A stretch of DNA of 63,588 nucleotides, the filler included, from Octopus bimaculoides (lineage: Eukaryota): the NCBI RefSeq assembly GCF_001194135.2. It is 11 parts of 10 records of this genome, joined end to end, with 100 filler letters (N's around TTAATTAATTAA, not from the genome) between each part and the next. Parts side by side here need not be neighbours in the genome. Positions count along the whole stretch, not along the records: positions 20,494 to 38,466 come from NC_068982.1; 10 more parts are not named here. One strand, given 5' to 3'. Below are positions 25,126 through 36,669 of this stretch, piece after piece (the first letter of the stretch is position 1; each line of letters begins with the position of its first letter). The notes under the pieces are model-generated. The model ran no database searches. It had not been told where the DNA came from and worked only from the letters and a program-made list of their open reading frames with translations. The position numbers and the translations under genes were made by a program.

Positions 25126-25353
25126 TTGGGTTGTCCGGAAAATTTGTGCTGATTTTTAAAGGAAAGAAAAAGGTCAATAAATACTTGCCATTACATTTTT
25201 AATCAACCAAATATGAACCATTTTGTTGCACAATGCGTCTCCATCTTTCCTTTAACTTGAAAATACCGTCTTCCCAGAATTGAGGTGATTTCATGGCAAA
25301 TAAGTCGAAAGGTAAGCTACTGTAAATTGGCACAAACTTTCCGGACAACCCAA
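25126..25353. mobile_element. Mariner-derived MITE with TA TSD
   Basis: TA|TTGGGTTGTCCGGAAAATTTGTGC ... GCACAAACTTTCCGGACAACCCAA|TA. A second copy at 27402-27604 is truncated in its right TIR. Confidence 0.88.
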
Positions 25354-25409
25354 TAGATTGGGTTGAGGTTATCCCCATTTCTTTTAATTGTATTTCTTTT
25401 TCCCTTTAG

Positions 25410-25575
25410 TTGGCATGATTTTGATGCATCTGTAGTAGCTTCAGATTTAGGGAATGGTGAAATATATGCCAGGGATAATTTGGAATGGTTTATACAAGGT
25501 GTAGCTACATCACTTGTTATGGTGGCAATCATGTGTCAACAATTGAATAGGGATCAGATTTCTTTAGAACACTAA
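25410..25575 (+). CDS. Candidate orphan terminal exon, unknown protein
   Basis: Strong pyrimidine tract and AG (TATTTCTTTTTCCCTTTAG), phase 2. Reads WHDFDASVVASDLGNGEIYARDNLEWFIQGVATSLVMVAIMCQQLNRDQISLEH*. No family recognised. Confidence 0.3.
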
Positions 25576-27240
25576 AAAACACTCCTAAAACAAGGGTTTA
25601 AGTTGATTCCCCTAATGAAGAATACTATCCAAAATGGTACTTTTCTCTTTTGCCATCATGAAGACCCCTTTCTACCTCACTCGAATAATTTCAAAATAAA
25701 AAAACTTTCTCCCATAATTTTGAATTTGCAGGTGACTGTCTGTGATTCTAATTAGATACTGAATGTTTAATTATAAAATAATTAGAAGTCACAATGTTTC
25801 ACAGGATTTTGGAAGTGATATTCAGTTAGATTTTATTGGTAAACTAAATAAAGTCTTTCATATCAGTTGATATTGTTCTAGATTCCAACATAGCTGATTA
25901 GGTCAATAAATAATATTAAAATAATTAGTGTGGAAGACATTTTGGCTATTCAGAAACACACAAGAACTTAACTTAGTTTAATCGTTTATTATTTGGTGTG
26001 AAAACTTTTGTTTGACACTGAAACTCTTTTGGTGACTAGGTTGCAGTTGGGGCACCAAAAATTTTGACACCAAGTAATAAATGACCAAGTAAAGTTAACA
26101 GTTTTTGTGTGATTTTTGTCTAATATGTGTCTTCCACACTGTAATTGCTTTAGTCTCAAGACAGTCTCAAATTGAATCATTTGTCAGACATGTACATCTC
26201 CAAAATATTGGTTTTTATGAAAATCTGATTTTATTACAAATTATTTTAATATTTTTTTCTCTTCCCTGTCCTCTCTCTCTCTCTCTCTCTCACAATCATA
26301 TCTTTGAATTTGTTGTAAGAAATTTAGCCAAGAAATGTTTTGTTTGCAGTCTGATGCTAGTACTGTCCTTCCTCTGTTACCAATAAAGGAGATCTTTCTC
26401 CCTATATGAAGAGTTGATTATATATAGTACATATACACATGGAAACTTTTAAGATTTACCGAACAATTCTATATTTCAGAATTATCCAAACTTAAGTCAT
26501 TGCCTGCTCTTAGCAGTAGAACTCTCATACTTGCAGGTAATCATTTATTGACTTTTCGTTGCTGTGGAAAAAATCTTTTGCTGCTGCCATTGGTAAGCCA
26601 GTATTATATAATCTCATCCATTATCATCATCATCATAAATACCAGCTTCACCAAAGGTATTTTTTATGTAATTAAATTTTTTTTTGGAATTACCTCGTTA
26701 TTAACACACTAATGATTTCTTGTATCCAATAAAATCCTCATCCAGTAATGCTGGTTTATTTTTAATTCATCTGTTGACCGAGACTGAAAATTGCTGAGGA
26801 ATCTTATAGCTTGTCTCCTTTCAAAGAGACAACAATACTTCAAATTACATCATCCCATGTAACATTAATTTTAAAAATAAAATTTAAAAATTGGTATCCA
26901 GGAAGATCAATGATTATGTTTTGTATGTTTTTCATTGCTGCAGGTTTTTTGTTTTTTTGTATGATATAAAAAAAATTCTGATATTGACTTTGTGTATATA
27001 TTCTCTTGAGAATACACATCATTATCATCATCATTGTTTAACATCTGTTTTCCATGCAGGCATGAGTTGGATAGTTTGATAGGAACTGGTCAGCCAGAAA
27101 GCTGCCCAGGCTCCAATTGTCTGTTCTGGCATGGTTTCTACAGCTGGATGCCTTTTCTAATGCCAACCACTTTACAGAGTGTGCTGGGTGCTTTTTTGCA
27201 CACTACCAGCATTTATGTAGCACTGATTATATATGCATTT

Positions 27241-27604
27241 ATTTACCTCTACATCATGTTTCAATCAGCTTGATCACTACTGATTGCCAACACATCTTAT
27301 TTCTGGGTGTGTACATAGTATCAGATGGGATTAGAACTGAGAAAATTTTATTTCTAAACTAAGGGTAATTAGCATTCTTGATTATAGCATTGACAAATGT
27401 ATTGGCTTGTCTGGAAAGTGCGTGCTGATTTTTAAAAGAAAGAAAAAGGTCAATAAATACATTTTTAATCAACCAAATATGAACCATTTTGTTGCACAAT
27501 GCGTCTCCATCTTTCCTTTAACTTGAAAATACCGTCTTCCCAGAACTGAGGTGGTTTCATGGCAAATAAGTCGAAAGGTAAGCTACTATAAATCGGCACA
27601 AACT
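27241..27604 (+). repeat. Local direct duplication of 24962-25338
   Basis: About 365 bp nearly identical to the block about 2.28 kb upstream, including unique sequence and most of the MITE. Confidence 0.9.
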
Positions 27605-28162
27605 GATTATATGTGCATTTATGTGGCACTGGCATTGGTTAAAATTTTTATAGACAATGATTTGAGTTCTACCTTAGCTGTTGTATGTGCTGTAACACAC
27701 ACCAGTTAAGTGTTGAAGAAAAGCTTTAGGATACAACTTGAGTAAATTATGTTAGTATACATCATTGGAGATAATAATTCTGGCAAATATTCTTCAGTTT
27801 TAAATTTTGCTATTGTCATCAATTTGTTCTAATCCATCAATTTGTGATGTCTTAGAACAGTTCTCAGACTTTTTAAAACTATTTCCACCTTTTCTTTTAC
27901 TAACATTTTCTTTGGTGCCCCACCACTATTTATGTAAATACATATAACATCAGGCCTAAGTAATTTAGTTCTGGGTGTGCTAGCCTGACATACCACAGCA
28001 CCACCCTTAGTAAAAGTGAATATTTGATGCATCACTGCTTGACTTTACTTATTGATGTAACCCTTAACACATGGCTTTGTCCTAATTCAGGAATGTATTC
28101 TGGAAAAACATGTTAAAATGAATGATGAACACTTTTTAATATTAACTCTAAACAAGGTGGCA

Positions 28163-28600
28163 AGCTGGCAAAATTATTAGCATGCTAGGTAAAATGCTTA
28201 GCAGCATTTTGTCCATCACTATGTTCTAAGTTCAAATTCTGCAAAGGTCGACTACACCTTTCATCCTTTCAGGATTGATAAAATAAGTACCAGTTGAGTA
28301 CTGGGGTCAATGTAATTGATATACTCCTCCCATGAAGTTGCTGGCCTTGTGCCAAAATTTGAAACTAATATTAACTCTAAACAAGGTGGTGAACTGGCAG
28401 AATTGTTAGCACGTTGGGCAAAATGCTTAGCAGCATTTTGTCTATTGCTGTTTTGAGTTCAAATTCCACCAAGGTTTACTTTGCCTTTCATCCTTTTGAA
28501 GCCAATAAATAAATACCAGTTGAACTCTGGGATCAATGTTATCGACTTATTCCCCCTCACCCAATGAAAATTGTTGACCTTAGGCTAAAATTTGACATCA
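28163..28600 (+). mobile_element. Two tandem diverged copies of SINE family B
   Basis: Each unit is preceded by TTAACTCTAAACAAGGTGG and contains GTTCAAATTC..CCTTTCATCCTTT..ATAAA..AGTACCAG. Confidence 0.8.
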
Positions 28601-29189
28601 ATATTAACTCTAAACAAAGTTATGAAATTCAGTGACTAAACCTTCCAGTTCATTTTTGAGTGGCATGGAGCCTAAAAAACTTTGTTCCAATTCTACTAAA
28701 GCCACTCTTACCATGCTGCTATGGAAGAGGGAGGGGGTTTAACTTTATCATTTGATATTTTGGTAAAGCAGCAAACACTTCTTTTTGCTAATCTTCAATC
28801 CTCTTAAACTGTCACTAAAAATCTGTTTGTTCTCTCTATTTGTATATAGCAACAAGAGTAATCACTAGGCATCAGACATTTAAAAAAGACCTTAATCATC
28901 TCTTGCAAATGAGTATGGCAGGATAACATGTACCATGGTTTTATTGATTGTTTTAGGTACCTTTGTAGTCTTGACTCTTTCACCCTTTGACTCAGCATAA
29001 GGGATGTGACAACTAGACCAAACAAGGGACAGCTGCACCAGTACTCAACTGGTATTAATTTTCAGTCAAGTAACCTGGAAAAATATGCTCAAAGATACAA
29101 TGCATTGCTCATTCCAGGAATCAACCTCTTCTTATGATTGTGATCTCAACATGATATGTGAACCGTTTGGTTCACATGTCCTAGTCACA

Positions 29190-29805
29190 GGTGTAGCTGT
29201 ATGATTATTTCCCAACCATATGATTCTTGCCAGTACCACCTGACTGGTCTTCATGCGGGTGACATGTAAAAGCACCCACCACACTCTCTGAGTGGTTGGT
29301 GTTAGGAAGAGCATCCAGCTGTAGAAACTCTGCCAAATCAGATTGGAGCCTGGTGTTGCCATCCAGTTTCACCAGTCCTCAGTCAAATCGTCCAACCCAT
29401 GCTAGCATGGAAAGCGGACGTTAAACGATGATGATGATGATGATGATGATGATTCTAGGTTCAGTCCCACTCTGTGGCACCTTGGGCAAGTGTCTTCGAC
29501 TAAAGCCTCAGACTGACCAAAGCCTTGTGAGTGGATTTTGGTAGATGGATACTGAAAGAAGCCCATCACATATGTATGTGTTTGTGTGTGTGTGTGTGTG
29601 TTTGTCCTCCAGCACTACTTGACAACCAGTGTTGGTGTGTTTACGTCCCCATGACTTAGTGGTTTAGCAAATTGATTGATAGAATAAGTACCAGGCTTTA
29701 AAAATAAATAAGTACTATGGTCAGTTTATTAGACTAAAAATTTTTCAAAGCAGTGCCCCAGTATGGTTGCAGTCTAATGATTGAAATAAGTAAAAGATAA
29801 AAGAT
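29190..29805 (+). mobile_element. SINE family A interrupted in its tRNA head by an RTE 3' fragment (29228-29448)
   Basis: TSD ATGATTCT at 29220-29227 and 29449-29456. The SINE resumes as AGGTTCAGTCCCAC..GGCACCTTGGGCAAGTGTCTTC. Confidence 0.85.
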
Positions 29806-29860
29806 ACTCTTGTTTTTATATTTATTAGCTCTTGAAGTTAGGCAGGTGGTTGCAGTATCT

Positions 29861-29989
29861 TCATCATCATCATCATCATCATCGTTTAACGTCCGCTTTC
29901 CATGCTAGCATGGGTTGGACGATTTGACTGAGGACTGTTGAACCAGATGGCCACACCAGGCTCCAATCTGATTTGGCAGTATTTCTACA
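29861..29989 (-). mobile_element. RTE 3' end fragment, inverted relative to the 29228-29448 copy
   Basis: (TCA)n CGTTTAACGTCCGCTTTCCATGCTAGCATGGGTTGGACGATTTGACTGAGG... Confidence 0.88.
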
Positions 29990-31971
29990 CCATCATCATT
30001 TAATGATTTTAATGCTGGCATAGGTTTGATGGTTTGTCACGAGCCGGCATGCCAGAGGAGTGCATCAAGCACCAGTGGCTGGTTTGGCATGGTTTCTACA
30101 ACTGGACGCCTTTCCTAATGCTTTTACAGAATATAGTGGGTGTTTTTTACAAGGCATCAACACTAGTGAAGTCACCAAGTAAGTCGCAAGACAAGACTCC
30201 CCAACTAGTTTAGTATTTAGGGAGGTTGCTTTGTTCCAGGTGACAAGAAATTAAAGTTCGATAAGACAAAAACAGATGTCTTGCTGTAGGAGCGATACAT
30301 AGTTACTCCAGTTTGAAAAGAGAGACAATGGTGGTGGGGTAAACTGAGGATATACCATGACATCTGTTGTTCTCTCCTTTTTCCAAAAGGTGTAACCATG
30401 TATTTCCTGTCAAGCTACTCTTTCTGTCCTTGTAGGTTACTCAACTCAGCTCTTTATATGACTTCTTCATTCAGCAGAAGTGACAGTAAAAAATGCCACC
30501 AGATGTCTGTGGAGAATCATGAAAGAGCAGACAGGAGCAAGAAATAGTTTGTGTGAGACACTTTATCAAGATATGCAATGGGAATAATTCACAAACCATG
30601 TGGTTGTGAAGAGTATGTCTGAAACATTTGGTTATGTTTATAACTTACCTTTTATCTTGTTTCATATAAATTACTTCTTGCTCTTTTTAGTTCTTTCATG
30701 ACTCTGTACAAACATCTGGCAACATTTTTAGAGTCATTTCTGAATGAATTAGCCATGTAAAGGTCTGAGTAACCTATGTAATACCATCACTGTGGGGCGA
30801 CATAAGACGTTCGGTCATGTGTGACGGATGCCAATGAAGAGACTAGATAAAGCCTGTCTCGAATAGAAGCCTTAGTGGAGGCATGGAAGGCGAAGTAGAC
30901 CTGTCAAAACTTAGCTGAGGGTTGAAGGACGAGTAGGTAGGTATCATCATTTTCAACCTCTTCCCTATGGAATTTTTGGTTGACAGAAACTGCACAGAAG
31001 ATGTGTGTGTGCATAGTGGTGGATCAAGTTTCTTTTCACCTTTTATGTATAAAAAAAAAAAGGAGAACTTAGTTGTTTGCCAAGTGAGTGATGAAATATA
31101 TATCAAACTGAAATAAATACTGGAGTTAATATGCTGAAAGTGGTGCCTTAGTCTGGCCACAATCCAATTGACATAACAAATGAGTAAAATCCAGTAGAAA
31201 TGTAGCTGAAGCAACATCTTCGATCGATGAGGTCTTTTATTACCTGCTTAAATCTCATGGTTTGCCAAAAGAAGTCTTTATCAACACCTTGGACAAAAAT
31301 TGAGAAGAAAAAAAACGAGTTTTTATATGGTTGGTCAACTTATTAGAAATAGCATTCAAATGATCTTCATCTCACACCTTAGCATCTTAAAAAATAACAT
31401 TGACCAATGTAGTCCTAGGTTTGCATGATCAAAGCTATCCTGGGGCTAGACAACAACTGAAAAAATACAGCTAGAAAACCAAATCATACTATATCATTTT
31501 ATGGAAAGGACATTAGATCTGGTTCTCAACAATTTTTTATCTATGTCAAGCCAAATTTGTGGCTGATGCTGGTCTCACATAAATGGCACATAAAAAACAC
31601 CTTTCAAGTATTGGGCTTCATGGAGGCAACTGGCACCTGTGCCGCTGGCATATAAAAAGCACCTTTTGAGTGTTGGGCCTCACAGGGCCAATGTGGCCAA
31701 TGCTGGTGTTGCACAACTGGCACCTGTGCCAGTGACATGTAAAAAGCACCTTTTGAATGTTGGGCCTCATGGAGGCAATGACAAATAGTCGAGACCTTTG
31801 GTAATATACTGTGCTTGAGACGACCCATCAAGCCAAGTGAAATTGTAGTCGTGGCAGATACTGATGTCACGCAACTGGCACTCGTGCCAGTGGAATATTA
31901 AAGTATTCATTACACTCTTGGAGTGGTTGGTGTTAGGAAGCCATAGAAACCTTGCCAAATCAGACTGGAGA

Positions 31972-32162
31972 AGAATTAAAATAACATTAAGCTGATGTAT
32001 GGAACTTAATTAGCATGAAATTTTGATAGGATTTTAATTTAGATCACTTTAACTCTTTTGTTACCATTATTTCTGATGAGATACACTGACTTTCTTTCAA
32101 TTATTTTTGAAAATAATGAAAAATTTAATAAAATAATTTATTATTAAGGTAATGTTTGGAAC
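31972..32162 (+). repeat. AT-rich repeat, near-identical to 36730-36908
   Basis: AGAATTAAAATAACATTAA...TTATTATTAAGGTAATGTTTGGAAC; differs from the downstream copy by two short indels and a few substitutions. Confidence 0.85.
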
Positions 32163-32659
32163 AACCTTGGTCAAACCGTCCAACCAATGCCAGAGTGGAC
32201 AATGGACATTAAATGAGGATGATGGACCATTTTGATTTCTATTTTATTCTAGTGGGCCCCATAGCTATTTGATGTTTAAAAACTAATTCTATAGAAACTT
32301 CTTTCAAAATTCCTATTATTTTTTTCACACATCAACTTATGCAAGCCGAACTATGTAAAACGTTATAGAAAGAAATTTCACTGTTCCTTGCAATCAAAAT
32401 TTTTTTCATCGTCCCATAATATACTACTATTGATCTCGAATTTACAATTTTGCTTGTGTGCCCCACCCCCAAATCTTATATGAACCCTAGTTGAGAACCA
32501 CAGCACTAGATAATATAATCGTACCCATCAACTAAAAAATGATTTTTCGATTCGGGTTGCAAGGAAGAATATTTTCCAGGGGAGGTAACTAATGTTGACT
32601 ATAAAATTAATAAAGGGACACATTTTCACCTGTCACCATTAACTGGATTTGTTCGAAGC

Positions 32660-32858
32660 ATGGTATTGAACGGAGAACTTGGTACTTTGGTAAAACAAGG
32701 TGCCGAAGCTAAACTGTATGAGTCTCTATTTTACGAGCGACCATGTATTATAAAAGAACGATTCCAGAAATCCTACAGACATCCTACACTTGATAAAAGT
32801 TTAACCCAACAACGATTAAAGTCGGAAGTGCGAGCTATGCTTCGATGTCGCATGAATG
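32660..32858 (+). CDS. TP53RK: TP53RK/PRPK/Bud32 (KEOPS atypical kinase), exon 1
   Basis: MVLNGELGTLVKQGAEAKLY (QGAEA loop), IIKERF (catalytic Lys), YRHPTLDKSLTQQRLKSEVRAMLRCRMN. Donor G|GTAGGT, phase 1. Confidence 0.95.
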
Positions 32859-33260
32859 GTAGGTTTCATTTTTATTTTGATTCGTAACAAATTAAACTAG
32901 GCTGATATATTATAACTACAGTTAAAGTACTGGAAATACGCACGCTTATATATAATAACTGCAGAAGTATCGTTTCCTCCATGACTGACATAAAAATGAA
33001 CTTTTCCAGAGTTACATTTTAGATGGTGTTGGTTACGAAGGTATTTATAATTTTTTTTTTAAAGTAACACTACCGAAGCTAGTAACACTACCGAATCCAC
33101 GACTTAAGATAGTGAGCTCAGAACCCTAACAACTAGGCCAACGCGCCTTCACTATCGTAGAAATAGCAGTAGCAGTAACAATTATAACCATACAATTTCG
33201 GTAACCCTTCAGTATGAGAGAATTAAAAAAGTAAATAAGAATTAAAAGGGAAATAACAAC

Positions 33261-33529
33261 AAGGGGAGATAACTCAACTTACTGTCACTGAATATAGCAA
33301 TCAAAAAGTGAACAAATATCTTGCTCTTCGGTACAGAATTCCTCCATATAAATTCGTGTAAATATAACACGAACAAATTATCTGACATTCCAAATTGACG
33401 TCATAATTTTCGATTAACACGCATCCACTTTCTCTATTCCCAACACTTAGAGCGAAACGATTTGTTCACTTTTTGGTTGCTATATCCTGTGTCTACGTTA
33501 ACAGAGAGGTGACTTATTTACCTCTCCTT
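33261..33529. repeat. Imperfect fold-back/MITE-like element in TP53RK intron
   Basis: 33261-33327 and 33449-33529 are inverted homologues (ATATAGCAATCAAAAAGTGAACAAAT versus ATTTGTTCACTTTTTGGTTGCTATAT). Confidence 0.75.
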
Positions 33530-34538
33530 TAATTTTTATTTACTTTTTAAAAATAGCCCATAAATGATTACCGTATATATATATAAATATATATCGTGTC
33601 CCTTCTGGATGAATAATTTATGCTGAGTTACCTCGCATATTGCGACAGTCTGTAAGAGCACCAAACGTATGTCTAAACAGGCGTTTTTCTCACTTTGTGT
33701 AACATTGGATATCAAACAAAAATTCTTGACAAAAAAAAAATATATATTGTTTACTTTCTTTTATTAATTATATTTGTGAATAATCAAATTATGAATAAGA
33801 CATTTTTCAAGAAGCTCCAAATTTTAGTATGGATTTTGTAAAACCTAGTCTAAGCAGACACCAAAACACCTACAGAACATTTGAACTCAAGACCATTGAG
33901 TTACCTTTTCACTGTCATATCTATTTGGTTACTTTAATACAGTGAGGCACAGGCATGGGTGTGTAAAGAAGTTTGCTTCTCATCCACATGGTTTCAGGTT
34001 CAGTCCTGCATCTTGAGCAAGAGTCTTCTGCTGTAGTCCTGGGCTGACGTGTTTGTCCTCTTTCTTGTTACCTCACTCTCTCTTTCTTCCTCTCCCTCTC
34101 TCTTGCTGAGTAACCATTGTACCTCCTCTATAACAAGACACCTGTTTCTGCTTCTCTGTCACCCTGTAACCCTTCATCATTTGGCAAAAGATCACCTCCA
34201 CTGCTCCCTCCCCTCTCAAAAACTCCTTGTCTTGTAAGTTACTTGGTGACCCTGCTGGTGCTGGTGTCACGTAAAAAGCATCCAGTCCACACTAAAGTGG
34301 TTGGCATTTGAAAGGGCATCCAGCTGTTAAAACCATCGCAAAAACTGACTTCACCTGTACTGGTGCCACATAAAAAGCACTCTGTGGGTGGTTGGTGTTA
34401 GGAAGGGCATACAGACATAAAAGCCATGCCAAGATAGAGACAGAAGTCTAATGCAGTCTTCTGCTTGGCCAGCCTCTGTCAAACCATCTAACTTATGCCA
34501 GCATGGAAGGCATACGTTAAATGATGATGATATATATA

Positions 34539-35345
34539 CAGGGTGCGATGGGTAAATTGTCGTCATTTTATATTTTCACTTATGCTCATGTGCATTGTTT
34601 TTGATTTTGTCGACTACATAGTATAGTAGGGTCAGTTGGGCACTGTGAGAAAAACAGCACCCTGATACAATTCACTCTGCTAGAAATTTGGAAATGACAT
34701 GCTGTATTGCTTGGCATTCAGGCCAGAAGCTCCAGTATGAACAAATAATAAACATACAGAACAACTGTTGGCTTGCTGTGTCCCTAAAACATGTACCAAG
34801 AGTGATGAAAATCAAACATCCAGTCAACATCATGGTGTTTGGAGTGATCACCAGCGATGGCAACATTATGCTTCCATTCATCTTCCCATTCACCTCAAGT
34901 GCCTGGAGAGATAGTGCTGCCCTGAGTCAAGAGGGTGGCTGCTGGAAGACTTTATGTCTGGCACCAGGACTCTGCACCAAGCCGGAGAACCAAGACATGG
35001 CTGTCAGACAATTTCTGCAACCACATCACCCCTAACACCTGACCACCTAACTCTCCAGACTGCAACTCCTTTGATTATTATGTGTGGGGCATAGTTGAGC
35101 AAGAGACCAACAAAACTCCCTGTAACACCAAAGATAAATTGATGGCAAGGATTATGGCTGCATTCAGCAACTTAAAAAAAAAGAGGCTATGGTTGAAGCC
35201 AATGACAATTTTATTGAATGAATTTACTCTTTAGTATTTCAAGATATTTCGTATGTAATTTTGGTAAATATATCTGTTAAAATGAGATGTCAGTGTTATT
35301 TTCATCTTTGCCTAATTGAGACAACAATATATTTATCGCACCCTG
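34539..35345 (+). mobile_element. Internally deleted Tc1/mariner element (maT/DD37D-like) in TP53RK intron
   Basis: TA|CAGGGTGCGAT ... ATCGCACCCTG|TA. Remnants KHPVNIMVFGVITSDG, WHQDSAP-like and PPNSPDCNSFDYYVWG. Confidence 0.88.
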
Positions 35346-36134
35346 TATGTATATATATGTATATATATATATATGTGTGTGTGTGTATGTATGTTCATGT
35401 CTTTTTGTTTTGACATCATGTGATAGTTGTAAATGAGTTTGTGACTGTCATAAAAACAGTGTCATTCATTTCCAATTTACTGTAAAAATACATGCTATGG
35501 CAAAAATAATCTCATTTGGAAACAGGTGAGGACTGGCAACCAGAAGGACATTTAGCCATAGAAAATCTGCCTCAATAAGCCTGTAGAGCCATGCAAGCAT
35601 GGAAAAATGGGCATTAAAGGATAATGATAGTGAGTATGGGAGTAGGGTTTAGAATTTACATTTTCAGAGAAGTAGTGGCTATTGTAGTTTGGATAGAAAA
35701 AATAACTGAGTATTCTGTTTGAGAGTGGACTTATGATTGTAGAATTTAGATGAGTAAAAGCTTACCTATTTAGTAGACACCATTGTATTATATATATACA
35801 TCGGCTAGAATACATGTTTGCATGGGCGATACATTGATAGAAATAGTAGTAGCCCTATAGAATGGATATGTAATGTTAACCTGCAAGTGTAGCTGGAGTG
35901 CCATCCTAGGGTATAGGCCCACTGCTAATCTATGTATACTGTGGACTTCTGGTTAGTGGGTTCACTTGAAGTTAAAACCAGTGGATATGGTGTGTTTGTG
36001 GGGATGAGATTCTATGCTAATGGCAACTCTCTTATTTTACCACCACTAATACTTCCATCACTAATTCTACCACCATTACTTCTACTACTGCAATCACATT
36101 ACTTGTTATTATCATTACTTGTTATTATTTTCAG

Positions 36135-36625
36135 GAATTCCTGCCCCAGTTGTGTTCTTTACCAACTTAGAGAATGGCTGTATTTATATGGAGAAAATCC
36201 TCAATTCTTTGACAATGAAAGACTACATAAGAAACTGTCAGCAACAGAATGGTGTGATGCAGTGTGCAAGTCAGCTCAGTCCACTGGTACTGAAGATGGG
36301 TGAAATGGTTGGTAAGATGCACCAGAATAACCTCATTCATGGGGACTTAACCACATCTAATGTATTGGTACGAGGAGATCCAGCCAATTTGGATCTTGTA
36401 TTCATTGATTTTGGTTTGAGCCATTTTGAGAATAATGCTGAAGACAAAGGAGTGGATTTATATGTTCTTGAACGAGCATTGTTAAGTACCCATCCTAACA
36501 CTGAACAGGTGTTTACTGATATACTTAATGGTTATAAAATAGGTAATGAGGCTGGTTATGCAGATGTATTACTAAAACTGGAAGAAGTGCGATTAAGAGG
36601 AAGAAAGCGAACCATGGTGGGATGA
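36135..36625 (+). CDS. TP53RK: TP53RK/PRPK/Bud32 exon 2; spliced protein 229 aa
   Basis: Acceptor TTATTTTCAG|GA gives in-frame GIPAPVVFF..CIYME; HGDLTTSN catalytic loop, IDFGLS, EDKGVDLYVLERA and the hallmark C-terminus EVRLRGRKRTMVG*. 199+491=690 nt. Confidence 0.97.
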
Positions 36626-36630
36626 ATAAA
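36625..36630 (+). terminator. Candidate polyadenylation signal overlapping the TP53RK stop codon
   Basis: TGAATAAA; a T-rich tract follows. Confidence 0.4.
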
Positions 36631-36669
36631 AACCTACTTTTCTCAAAATTGCATTATTTTTCCTTTCTT

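Larger units (their letters stand above)
32520..33700 (+). promoter_or_regulatory. CpG-retaining promoter/exon-1 region of TP53RK
   Basis: Exon 1 has 10 CpG in 199 bp versus 4 in 491 bp in exon 2, and the flanks are visibly CpG-poor. A palindromic CRE TGACGTCA lies at 33396-33403. Confidence 0.55.

Noticed and set aside
27690-28035. Minus ORF ending KLMD* followed in frame by NKLMTIAKF..., a possible UAG-to-UIG editing readthrough
   Set aside because: No recognisable protein, no supporting splice structure, and chance continuation is plausible. Would need RNA evidence.
24968-28099. Selenoprotein idea: exon-like units 27994-28099 and 27247-27336/24968-25057 each have one frame with a single in-frame TGA followed by Cys
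   Set aside because: The exon phases are incompatible (phase 2 out versus phase 1 in), no known Sec motif (CxxU/UxxC etc.) is present, and no SECIS was identified.
30830-30920. Possible C/D-box snoRNA (ATGAAGA...CTGA)
   Set aside because: Non-canonical C box, no terminal stem and only an 8-nt rRNA-like complement.
36119-36134. ORF-track start MLLFSG for the kinase
   Set aside because: This is intronic polypyrimidine tract; the true N-terminus comes from exon 1 at 32660.
35932-36303. 123-aa ORF with LILPPL repeats overlapping TP53RK exon 2
   Set aside because: It arises from a low-complexity intronic tract and an alternative frame; the spliced kinase frame explains the region.
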